Assembly: GCA_973895155.1 (NCBI GenBank)
Contig: OZ316897.1
Coordinates: 7,864,470-7,928,469 of the forward strand
From: Marsupella aquatica
Lineage: Eukaryota; Plantae; Marchantiophyta
DNA: 64,000 nt
Reading direction: 5' to 3'
Below, one piece after another: positions 24,501 through 35,642 of the stretch. The notes under the pieces were generated by a model. That model did no database searches and was not told where the DNA came from. It saw only the letters and a list, made by a program, of their open reading frames with translations. Made by a program: the position numbers and the translations under genes. Numbering within the stretch: position 1 is the first letter of the stretch; every line of letters starts with the position of its first letter.

Positions 24501-26933
24501 TGGAAAAGTGAACGGCTCTGATGTTTGCCAATGAGATGGCTGGAAACTAGTGGCAGATGTCTTTAGCCGTGAAAATCCACACTCATCTTGAAGCATGGTG
24601 GGATTGTTACCTGCAAGGTTCACTTTGAACCACTTGCACTTGAAGACATACTCTTCAAACTTTGATTGTGCATCATAAGAGATCACTAGGATCTCCTCTA
24701 TCTTTCCATAATGTGGCACAACATCTCGAATAATATTTGTGTCATGGCGATTGCTGCGGGAATCTTGAGAGAATTGTCCTTGAACTCCACAATCAAAGGT
24801 ACGACCCCTCTTCTCATCAAGGGAAGAAATCCTAAAATCCACCAAACCATAAGGACATGTTACAAAAATAGGCATAAACATATAACAATTAATACCACAT
24901 GCCAAAAAATTGTCTCTTCAATATATGTGGGTGTATTACACATAAATTAAAATCACCATAGATGAAAGGTTACTAAGGTACTTAGAAATAACTTGAAATG
25001 TCTCCCTTGTGTCCACATTGCCATCCTTGTTGTAACCATTCTCAAGGGACCATGAACAATGGTACGAACATCATCTGTGATAGCTGGAAAATGTAATACA
25101 TTCTCTCCCCTCGCTACCATGTCATCCACCTCAACCAACTTCTCCTTCATGTAGTCATGGTACTTTGGAAAGATCCTTGGTCTTCTACTGGTACTTTTGG
25201 CATCCTCATAGAAATCCCTCCATTCTTCCATGATAGTGCTGTTACTCAACATGAATATGGTTAGTTGTTTCAACTCCACTAGTGTCAACATGCGGGTTTT
25301 GATAGCGCCTGTTAAACGATCCTCCTCATCTTCCCTCTCCTCTACCCAAGTACGGGGAGAGATACGATCAATTGTGGCCAATATGTTACTGCAATAGAAC
25401 ATATTCTCTGCTGCCAAGTATCCTGTAGCCATGCTTCCCTCAACCCGTGCCCGGTTACGTACATAACCCTTTAATACTGCCATGTACCGTTCCAACCAAT
25501 ACATCCACCGACAATGCACATGACCAGCAATGGCCACCTCATGAACAAGATGAACAAGTAAATGCACTTGGCAATCAAAAAAGGAAGGAGGAAGGGCCTT
25601 TTCTAACTTGCATACCACCTCTGCTGCCAGTACCTCCATTCCCGGGATCTTTTCACAGTATATCTCCTTAGAACATACCCATCTCAATAGTTTTCCCAAT
25701 GACCAAATGACATCTTGCACTTCTGAACTTGCCAAACCTATTATGGCCACGGGCAATATATGCTGCAATAACCAATGATAGTCATGCGTCTTGACATACA
25801 TTGGCCACTTATGATTGTCCTCCATCCCAAAGGCCTTCCGGAGATTGGCACCATAACCAGTAGGAAACCGCATGCCTCCTATGCGATTCCTAAACTCCCT
25901 TCTCTGGCCAATAGGAAGCACCCATGGGGCTGAAGGTCGATGTTCTATCCCTGTGATAGGATCAATTGTGACCCATACATCTGGATGCATCTCAAGATCC
26001 TCACAAGCCTCCCTGAAGTTAGTGTCCTTTTCTCATAGAAAGCCTTTATCAAAGCCTTTCCCACATTTCCCTCAATGTGCATGGGGTCTAATAGATGGCG
26101 GATCTTCAACTCTCCCCAATAAGGCAAAGTGGTTAATATACTCCATCTAGTCAACCCGCTACCCTCAAATTGCATGGGATCCTCCGGGTTTGTCACTCTA
26201 TCAGCCAAGTCTTTCCAATGTGCAAAAGTTGTTGGCTCTGGTATATCACGTTCATCACCAAAGGGCATATCGATGGAGGAAAATAGTAGTGGGTCAAACC
26301 TCATTTGATGGCCCATTGGCAGAAACTTTGTATGCCCAAGATAAACAATCTTGTGAAGGTGTGATGAGTACTTGGCTATATCACCAAGACTTGGGCCACA
26401 AGTGGAGCAAGCCTTGTAGCCTTGGGTTTGCAACCCACTCACAAAGCCAAATCCTGGTCATATAGACACACATAATGTAGAATTAGCACATGGAAATGAC
26501 GGGATAACATGCATTATCATATCATGCTGGATGTAAACAAAAAAAGTGACTGTTGTAGTTTCATAGTTCTTACCTGGGTAGTCGTGCATGGTCCACATAC
26601 AAACCCCTTTTAGTTTAAAAACCCGTGGGGTACCCCCTGTAGTCTTTCGACCGTCATATGCCCATATTCCGTCCCATAATTTTTGGAGTTCCTCAACCAC
26701 TAATGCCAAATAGGTGTCCATGTTCTTCACCTTCTTTGGCCCTGGGATAATCAAAGATAGCAATAAAAAACCCTTTTTCATGGACAACCATGGTGGAAGG
26801 TTGTAATTCATGAGAACCACCGGCCAAACTGATGTAGATCTCCCCTTCCCTCCAAGTGAATGAGGGCTAACCCCATCTGATGCCAACCCAAGTCGCACAT
26901 GCCGAGGGTCACGCTCAAAATCTGGCCATGTTG

Positions 26934-27799
26934 TTGTCATCATGCATTGTGCACTCTGTGATGGAACGCCATCCCTGATTGGCCTTATCAAGTCTGCTGT
27001 GGGAAAATTACCTATTCACTCCCTTCGGATCTACATTACCTATCAGATTTTGTGGAACATTTGGTTGGCTAGGAATGCTCAGACCTTTGACCGGACAAGA
27101 CATAGGATTTTTGATCAGATGCTGATTATTTTGGAGACCCTAGACCACCTGACTGTTGTCGTTGTGGTTGCTTCCGTGCTTTCTCCTTCATCTTTGAGCT
27201 GAAAGCACCGGCGTCTATATATTGAGTGCCAAAGAACTGCTGGAGATCGAGCGAATTCACACTCTTAGACGTGGGTCGTGTCGAATTGCTTCCTCCATTG
27301 ATGGCGGCCTTCTGTGAGATTGATTTATACTGTGTGGCTATCTGGGAGTTTTGTCTTCTCATTTGACACCGTTACTCTCGTGATTTCCTCATTCACAGTG
27401 CCACTGCCCCCGCACTGTGTTCAATCCCTGTAGTTTATAGCTGCACCACTCTTGGTGGCCCTTGCTCATGCCTTGGTTTTTTCCTTTTTCCCGTTACAGT
27501 ATACACCCTCTTCCTACTGATTAGGTGGATTAATTCAGTACTAGACAATGCTTTGACACTTTATACTTTCACTATGTTGACCTACTGCGCCTTTTTAGTG
27601 CTTATTCCCTAGCTGTTACTTGTTGCATAGACCACTAGAAGAACGACTTCGCAATCTTTGCCTGATCTGGTGACCCTGGTTGAGTAACTCTTTGTTATTG
27701 CCTCCTTTGGGCGTTGAGGTTTTATGATGCCATTTGGCCTGCTGGTTCCCCCATCCGTGGGGTTCACGCGAAATAAATGTAAAATCAAAAAAAATCAAA
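26934..27799 (+). mobile_element. 5'-truncated LINE (L1-like) 3' fragment inserted in a transposase exon
   Basis: 17-bp TSD AAAATCTGGCCATGTTG at 26917-26933 and 27800-27816. ORF2 C-terminal motif LWNIWLARNAQTF. AATAAA is followed by an A-rich (A)nTC tail. Excising it restores the transposase reading frame. Confidence 0.9.
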
Positions 27800-28887
27800 A
27801 AAATCTGGCCATGTTGACTCCACATGTTTATGAGTAGGAGAGTCAACTGGTAATCACATCACACCGGGCTCCGAACGATGCTTCTTGTGCCATACCATCA
27901 ACTCGGCCAAGTCAGAACATCTATACATGTGCAACAAGCGAGGAATAATGGGGAACCAACAAACTGCTTTTCTTGGCACCTTCCCGGTTAGCATGTTTGG
28001 GTCATACCATGGCTCATGACATACTGTGCATTCTATCATATGGGCTTTGTCCCCATGAAATAATATGCAAACATTCACATAGGCATGAATGATATGGTAA
28101 TCCATGCCAATGGATGAGAGAATCTTCTTTGCATCCTTCCAAGTTCCAGGCAACACATTCTCCAAGGGTAACATCAAGTCATGACAATATTCAAATATGT
28201 CTGATAACATAGAATTGCTTGCCTTATGTTTGGCCTAAATGTTCAACAACCCCAATATGGCTGACAAACGACTCAACCGAGCACCCTCAAAGATAGGTGT
28301 CCGGGCATGTTCCTCAACCTCCTTCCATTGTTGTTGTCCCTCTGGAGTATGTTGTGGTCGTGGGTCATTTTGGGGGGCAGCTCCTTCAACACTAATGTCA
28401 ATGACACCATCTTCAACATCAGCACCAAACCAATCAACCATGAAGTCATCCATGGCTCTGTCCTGGTCATGCATGACCTGGTCATCAGTCTGAGGTGTTG
28501 CTTCCTCATCACCATGATCACTTACATCATTACTTGATGAGGAATCATCCTCTGATGGTTCTCCCTCTTCTGGCATGCCCATCTCCCGATATGCTGCTCT
28601 CAACCTTCGTGGTAACATTTGTTGAGATGGTTGCACATTCTACGCACGACACAACCAAAAAACCTCTTGATGTATATTTCACCAGGTACAACAAAAACAG
28701 ACTTCAGACCATTCATTCAAGACAAATTAACAATCAGTTTTAAGGATTGATTGCATGCATTCACATTAAGAACTTAAGTGAAGGGCCACACCAAAATTAT
28801 ACTACTCCAAAATGAGGCCAAAGGACATGTATATAATGATAAGTGTGAAGTACACACAAGGTACAAGAGGATGTATGACATGGCTCC

Positions 28888-29721
28888 CTAATCCCACTCA
28901 TAGTGTGTGAATAACTCATCTCCAGCTCTAATAGTCCTAGCGGCAAGAACTAAGCAATGGTCCTTATGATATGTCGTTCCATATGGTGCCGGCATTGGGC
29001 CATCAGTAAAAACCCACTCACAATTGGCGCTACGCTTGGGTCAAGTCCCCACAGTACTATTTATAAAGCCAGCAATATTCCCATTACGTACGGGATCACC
29101 GTCTATCACCCGCTGCTCACTATACCTTCTAGTGCTACCATGAAAAGTATCCATCTCTAGGGCATATGTTTTCCACTCAGGATGTTGTGCAAGGATCATG
29201 TTCCAGTGTCTTCTCTTGTAGATGGGTCCACCGTATGGGAACAAAGTAGGACCCTCTCTACCATGAGCACTTGACCCACTCCCATCATCCATGATGATAT
29301 CCTCACAAGCAAATACTCCATATTCGTGTCTCTCTCCAAGTGTGGAAGCTTTCACAATCCAACGTCTACCCCAAACCACAATCTCCTCATCATAACTGGG
29401 AAAATAAGGCAAGCCAAGAGTCATAGGATCCCAATCTTTGATGATAGAGGCACACTTGCCAGTGAATGAACAAATGCCCCACCTACCCTCAACTAGTGTT
29501 CTTGATGGGTCATTGGGTGCTCGTGGTCTCCTCTTGGACTGTGGCCTGGACCAGGGTCTTCGTGTCTCAGTGGGCACATGAGACTGTTCCTCTTCAGTCC
29601 CATGATTGGTACTGATCCCTACACCCAAGGCTTGTGAAAGTGCATTGCCTATAGCATCTAAAACTCCTTGTGATGGGACATAGGGTGGCACTGGTGTCAC
29701 CAGTCTACGCATACTAGATCC
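28888..29721 (-). pseudogene. SET-domain exon (lysine methyltransferase-like) inside the CACTA element, one premature TGA
   Basis: VKASTLGERHEYGVFACEDI..LFPYGG..YALEM..VIDGDPVRNGNIAGFINSTVGT*PKRSANCEWV..HCLVLAARTIRAGDELFTHYEWD* matches the SET motifs GxGvFA, YxG, GNxARFINHS, N(C) and ARxIxxGEELxxxY. The TGA at 29041-29043 is followed by 50 in-frame codons that complete the domain before TAG 28888. Confidence 0.85.
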
Positions 29722-30639
29722 CTATTCCATGCAAAAACCCACAAAAAACCATATGTGTAAACATTGATTCACTTATGAAAATATGAGGGAAAAAAGGCAA
29801 ACAATTGAAATCCACGTACCATATGGGATGAAGAAGCCCCCGGAGTAAGACCCCTGTGACGTCCATATCTCTCAATATGTTGAGCACACACATAAGATTT
29901 TTGAGAAACTTGGCCCACACATCTGGTGCACTCACAAAGTCTCCGGGGAGGACCACGAGGACTGGTAACCTCAGGTTGAGGAGGAGGGGGTACATCATCG
30001 GAGGAGGAGTACTCACTACTGGATAGTTCAGAGGAGGATGACATATCCAATGCCACATTACATTGCATGTAGGGCATGATTAGAATCCCTCTCGGCCAAA
30101 AAATATCCTAAAACTAAACTACAAAAACCCTTTTTTGTTTAGCATTAAACCCAAAGGAGAGTGTCATGCACAAAAATATCACATTGTCACCCTTGGGAAA
30201 ATTGTAATGGTCTAAGCCCTGAATTAGGTTGGTGAATTACCTGAATGAGACCCGGGCTCAACAGTGCCTATAGGTCGTGTGGCTCAATGAACATGAGCCA
30301 AATCTAGAAGTAGGAGGAAAATACTGGAAACAAAATGTAAGTTTTGGATAGTCATTAGCATCTCTCAAGTTGTGGAACCCCAAACATAAGTTACACATAT
30401 ATATATTCTTGCAAAACAAAAAATGGCAAGGTTTATGAAAAATCTCCACTAACAACACTACATACATGTTATACCTTTTAGATGCCTGGGTTCCCACAAT
30501 GCATATGCATTAGACAAAAGTTGAGGAAGTAGTGATGTCCTTGGGCTGTATCATGATTACATGGGTTTTCCCCTCAATTGTTAGCATAAAAACCTCTTAG
30601 AACTTGCCCTCATAAGTTACCATAAAATTAACCCAAGTG

Positions 30640-31090
30640 TTCATGAAAATAGAACCTCTCTTTCCCTCCTAAGTTGGCCTAAACCCCAAAAGCCAAAACA
30701 TAAACACCTCCTCTTACTCCAATACATATAAGCCAAACATTCATAAAATGAAATCCCCCTTGCCAAACCCAAAACATAAAACACCTCATATTACCCTCCA
30801 ATCTAAGCCCAACATACCTTCATAAAATAAACCCTCCCCCAACCAAACCAAACGTCAAACATAAAATCCCTCCATTTACCCTCCAATACACATAACCCCA
30901 ACCTTCATAAAATAAAAACCCTCCCAACCAGGCAAAACCCAAAAGCCAAAATATAAATCCCCGTCTCTTACCTTCCAATATAACCCCCAACCTTCTGAAA
31001 TAACACTCCCCCCCAACCAGGCCAAACCCAAAAGCCGTAACATAAGACCCCTCCTCTTACCCTCCAATGTCAGCACTTTTAAACCCCCCA
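30640..31090. repeat. Degenerate ~70-85-bp C/A-rich tandem repeats between the two divergent CACTA genes
   Basis: Recurring CTTCATAAAAT.AA.CCCTCCC..CCAAACCCAAAAGCCAAAACATAAA..CTCTTACCCTCCAAT units. Confidence 0.7.
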
Positions 31091-31408
31091 ACCCTTATAT
31101 GATCACATGCAATGAATTACTTGTACCAAATTTAATGTTTATGACCCCTCTTAGTATCCCTGCTCACAGAAAATACACATGCGAGATGGGGGTTTTTGCA
31201 AACCCAATAGCGAACACGTTTGCGAAGTTGTATTCTTCGCAAAGATAGCGTTTGCGAAGCTGGTCAAGAAGGTAGAACCATCACAAACTGCGATGCGAAT
31301 GACTTCGCAAACCCTAACTCTACTGTCCTTATCATTTGCCGAGCTCGGACGAGGCGGATCCATTTCTTTCGGGCCTTGGGAGAGAGCAGTGCAGGCGAGG
31401 GAGGAGCG

Positions 31409-33537
31409 ATGGCAAGCGGAGGGGGAACTGGAGGTGATGGAGGAGCTTCTGGCAGCAGCGGAGGCAACCACTTAGAGGAGGAGGATCGACTTCAAAAGAT
31501 CATGGATGATCATTTCTCAGTTGCGCAGTTGAGTAAGATTGATTTCACCTCTCCAGCAGGGCTTGCATCATTGAGTGCATTATTGGGTCAGGCCTTGCAA
31601 TCTGGTCTCAGTGCAGGGAAAGCAGCAAGAGAGGAGGAAGAAAGGAGGACAGCCGAGCAGAAGGCCGCTGAGAAGAAGCGAAAGAGGGATGAGAGAGCTC
31701 AGGCTGGAGTACTCTCCCCTCAAGCCTTGGAAAAGAAGAGGAGGAAAGATGAGAGAGACTTGATGAGGAAACAGAGGGAGGAGCAGAGAAAGAAGGAGGA
31801 GGCAAGGAGGAAGCTGCCTCTGATTACATTAGAGGATGAGGGAATTCCCACAGAGCTTGCTTACAATGGGGCCAAGAGCACAATCAGACACATTGTGTCC
31901 ACAAATTTTTCAAGAGGAGTCGAGTGGGGCACTCTCTCCAAGGCAAAGCAGAAGCGAGTGATCAATCACGTGAAAGATGCATTCCAAAATGGAGGAGAGA
32001 TGGATTCACAGTGGCTTGTTGATAAAATCTCAAATTCCATGTCACAAGCACGATACCATGACAGGATGAAGATCAGGGCTCACTTGAGAGATCTGGAGGA
32101 GTACAGGAATTTGGGGAGGCCGCTGCAGTTCTCAGAAGATATCTGGCAGGCCTTCTACGCCACGGAGGTGAAGTTGAAAGCAGCCAGGGTCCTGAATGAA
32201 TTTACAGAGAAGTTGACAAAGGCCCGGAAGGCAAAGGAGGCCGGGAAGTCTAACCGTGACCTGAAGATGATGGAGCAGAAGGTGGCCCAGCTGCAGCAGG
32301 TTGTAGCAGAGGTGGGAGATCCGCCCAACAAGTTCTTGAAGGCAGCTGAGAGAGTCTGAGAAAAGCCCAACATCACCCACAGGCTTGGTCAAGGTGGCCT
32401 CCCCGGCCTCAAAGCAGCATTTGTGAGTGCACCGCCCTCTCCTCTCTTGACTTCTTACTCCTCCAATTTCTATTCCAACACACCTACAATGCCCCAACTC
32501 TTTTCTGCTATGGCACCAAGTACTTCCAATTGGAGTTGTTGTGTCAGATTAGGTCACGTACATTTTCTTCCCTTTCGACTTTTCGTCATAACAGAGTTTG
32601 CAAAGCAATTGCGATGCGCGTCGCTTCGCAAACCTTGTTATTCACTTTTTTGGAAATAATTTTGCGATGCCCTTGCAAAGCCATGCGCATCTCAATTACT
32701 TTCGCAACCTAGTTTTCCCTTACATTTGCGAAGCTGGAGACTTCGCAAAATTCAAAAATTTGAATTTTTGAAAATTTCAAAATGTTCAAGTGTTGTTTGA
32801 GGGTCGTAAGCCCCCATGCCACCCTTGTAAAACCACCCCCAACCTAAGCCCCAACCCCACCAGCACCTAATTAACCCCTCTAATTGTTTTAAGGCATTTT
32901 GGCTTGCCGTTATTGCTTGGTTTTGACCAATTGTGCCGGTTTTTGTTTTGGTTAGTACAAGAGGTACAAGAGGAAGATCACAGCGCCTGAGATGGAGGTG
33001 GGCCAGAAACATGGGAAGGAGCATCTCTTTCGGCAAGTTGATCAATTATTGGTGAGCGTTAATTTTCAGGTTAATGTGTTGATTGCATTTATGAAAAATT
33101 CCCTCTTATGTCATTCACTTAATTGTAAGGTTCTATATGTCATTTGCTAATGTAACAGAGACCGGATGATGATGGTGACTCCCATACCGAGGGTGATAGT
33201 AGCGATGAGGATGAGGAGGGGACAGGGGAGGGGAGTACTGCTCCTGCTAGTCAAGTCAGGCCAACTAGCACTAGAGAGCAATCATTTGCATCAGCACACT
33301 CCATTGGTGCTGCGAGTGGTAGTGCGGTAGGGGATGGGGATGGTGATGGTGATGGGTATGGGTATGGGGATGGTGATGGGGATGGGGATGGTGGTGCTGA
33401 TGGGGATGAGGATGAGGAGGGAGACCAAGAGGAGGAGGAGGCCCCGGTCCCCCCCCAAGAGCACTCAAGGGCAAGGAGAAGGCCAAGGGGAAGAAGTCAA
33501 GGAGGGGCAGGAACTCTCCTTTCTAGCTCTATCTAGA
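31409..33537 (+). pseudogene. CACTA second gene (TnpA/Transposase_24-like), three exons, divergent from the transposase
   Basis: ATG at 31409. Exon 1 runs to 32422 and includes a coiled coil, an internal TGA at 32357 and ..ERV*EKPNITHRLGQGG, resembling the HxxGxxS/G motif of En/Spm TnpA-type proteins. Exons 32956-33051 and 33159-~33530 encode an acidic/GD-repeat tail. All junctions are phase-0 GT-AG. Confidence 0.65.
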
Positions 33538-35642
33538 TAGGTGCCTAGATTACCCTAGAGACTTAGGTAGTTCACATGTATAGGGGGATTAGCATGGACA
33601 TGCAACTTTTAGCTAAGGGTTCTTACCCTTCCATTTTGTAACTTTTGTACATTTTGAGTAATGCCATTTTAATCGCGGCATTCCGGTCTACCTACATCCC
33701 TTTTCTCCCTCCTTCAACTGTATGAATTGTCTCCCTAAACCACTAAACCCTATTATACCCTAATACTTCAAAAATACCTTTTGCAAAACACTTGAGAACC
33801 AGATGTCATCTTAAATAGCCAAGACACAACCATCGCAAAACGTTCTAAATGCTCATCCTCGCAAATTTTGTGACATTTTGTCAATCGCAAATATGCGAAC
33901 ACACAATTTCCGCACGTTTGAGATGTGTTTAATTTCGCAAATGTAGCGAACATAAATGTATCGCACTATTGAGAGAAAGAATGGCTCGCAATCTACCGAT
34001 GTGTCCTAAATCGCAATCTGGCGATGATTTAAGCATCGCTACATTAGCGTTTGTCGGCGAATCGCAAACGCTCCTATAGTTCCTGCTTCACAAATATTGC
34101 GGTAGTATGGCATCGCAGTTTTGCGATGTTAAAAGAGTCGCAAAGTGCGAAGCTTTTGCGAAGGTCCAATTGCGAAGGTGTGGGCATGGAAAAGAGCGAA
34201 GATGTTGAGATGCGCGGCATTTCGCAACAAGGAGTTGGCCGATATTGTTTCCTTTGTTGCATGCGAGGGAGGGTGTTTCGCAAAAGAGGGTCATTGTGTT
34301 GTAGTGGGAGAATTTCAATGCCAGACACAGGGTTGGGAAGAAGACCAGGATTGGTGGTCGATACATTTACAAGCATGGCAGCAGTCCTAGTAGAGTATGG
34401 TTTCCCAATCATGGATGGACAGAATCTGAGCAAGAGATTTGGGAGTTACGTTGACATGTATAGGAAGGCTTTGTAAATGCAGAACTCTAGTAGTGGAGGA
34501 TTGATAGAAGAGGAGTTTCAAACTGGTATGATGATTCAAGGGAAACTGGAGAAGATGTGCCCCCATTTTGACAGAATGCACATGATTTATGGAGAATGGG
34601 CAAATGTGGCAACACCAGGTAGTTTCAACTAGGGATTTTGCAATTCTGGGCTGATTATTCTTGAGGACACTACTGATGCAACGAACAACATTGAGAGTGA
34701 ATTTGACAATTCTGAGCCCCATGATTTTGAAGCCACACACATACTCACAGGTATTAATCAACAAAGAGCTAGTCTATTTTAAATCTGTCTTATGTTTGTA
34801 AAGCAAGTTGATTGATGCCATTATTTTGCACTCATTGTCACAGATGGGCCAGCAGAGGTTGATGATGAACCATCTCCACCTGCTGATCTAGTGAGAATGT
34901 TGTGTCACCAGCTCCCGTGATTGATCCCCAAGAGGAAACTTCTGTGCAGTAGCAACAAACTCCCTTGGTTGGCACAAAGGAATACTCTAGAACTTCCTAG
35001 CATATAAGGAAGTGCTCCTCTTGTAGACCCCGTTGTAGACTCAAGCTCATTGTTGAGGGAGCAAGCTAGTTGCTAAATGGAGCATTCTTGGAGAACTTGT
35101 ACTTGGAGGCTTGGTGTGGCTATGGTGGCCAAAACTTACTAAAGCTCCGGTGCCAATAGAATATTGGCCAGAACCATCGTCAAACCCCATTGCAGAGGCC
35201 ATCACAGTCCATTGGTGCACCACAAAGGTCTAATCCAAATGTAGCAGCGCGTAATGATCACAAAGCTCGTGCAAATAGGAGGTTAGAGAACCAGGGTAGC
35301 ACAACATTAAAGAACAACCTAGCATCAGTTTATTAGGACCTGTAGGTGCAGAGACAAATCAGGATTCCGGAAGGAACTAATCGGGTCCAAAGATAAGTGG
35401 AAAAAAGCTCCAAATTTATAATTTATAAAGCTTCAAATTTAGTAGAGAAATGCAAAAATATGATCACCTTATCTCTTGTGTATAAATAGTGAAGGTTGGG
35501 GTTTATTCCAAATGGCAAAATACAAGTTCACAATTGAAGTATGTGAATGTACTTTCCTATATGTACTCACTACTATTTGCAACTAACTATATACTTCTAC
35601 AACTCAATTACACTTGTGCTTTCAATGACTGCTAAGTTGATG

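Larger units (their letters stand above)
24345..30044 (-). pseudogene. CACTA TnpD-type transposase (transposase-associated Zn domain, Transposase_21-like core, DUF4218/DUF4216-like C-terminus), disrupted
   Basis: Exon 1 (30044-29820) has CECTRC..HIERYG. The exon from 28639 runs to GVM*LPVDSPTHKHVESTWPDFERDPRHVRLGLASDG..SVWPVVLMNYNLPPW..HDYPG (ends 26574). Further exons are 26453-~24993 (IRHLLDPMHIEGN, KTHDYH, PPSFFDCQVHLLVHL, RWMYWLERYM) and ~24832-24345 (YGKIEEIL..FKCKWF..EPF..QCFY). There are stops at 28235 and 27854, a frameshift near 26030 and a LINE insertion. Confidence 0.93.
23118..34306. mobile_element. CACTA (En/Spm) DNA transposon, 11.2 kb, both ends present
   Basis: Left end CACTACTACATATTTGCCGTTTTTGCGAA; right end (reverse complement) CACTACAACACAATGACCCTCTTTTGCGAA. 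3-bp TSD GGA at 23115-23117 and 34307-34309. Subterminal TTGCGA/TCGCAA motif arrays at both ends. Confidence 0.95.
22960..34620 (+). pseudogene. Harbinger-1 Myb/SANT-like ORF1, split by the CACTA insertion (pieces ~22960-23117 and 34310-~34620)
   Basis: Removing the CACTA and one GGA joins KLKHEDYAKILDYIEAR to ENFNA..GKKTRIGG in frame. After a frameshift it continues ..NLSKRFGSYVDMYRKAL*..KLEKMCPHFDRMHMIYG..ANV, a typical Harbinger-associated DNA-binding protein motif. Confidence 0.75.

Noticed and set aside
29041-29043. TGA in the SET ORF as selenocysteine or programmed readthrough
   Set aside because: Land plants lack Sec machinery, and similar isolated stops occur across all these transposon ORFs, so mutational decay is the simpler explanation.
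33271-33540. His/Pro-rich and Met/Gly-rich ORFs
   Set aside because: They are alternative-frame readings of the GGGGAT/GGTGAT (Gly-Asp) repeat in the last exon of the CACTA second gene.
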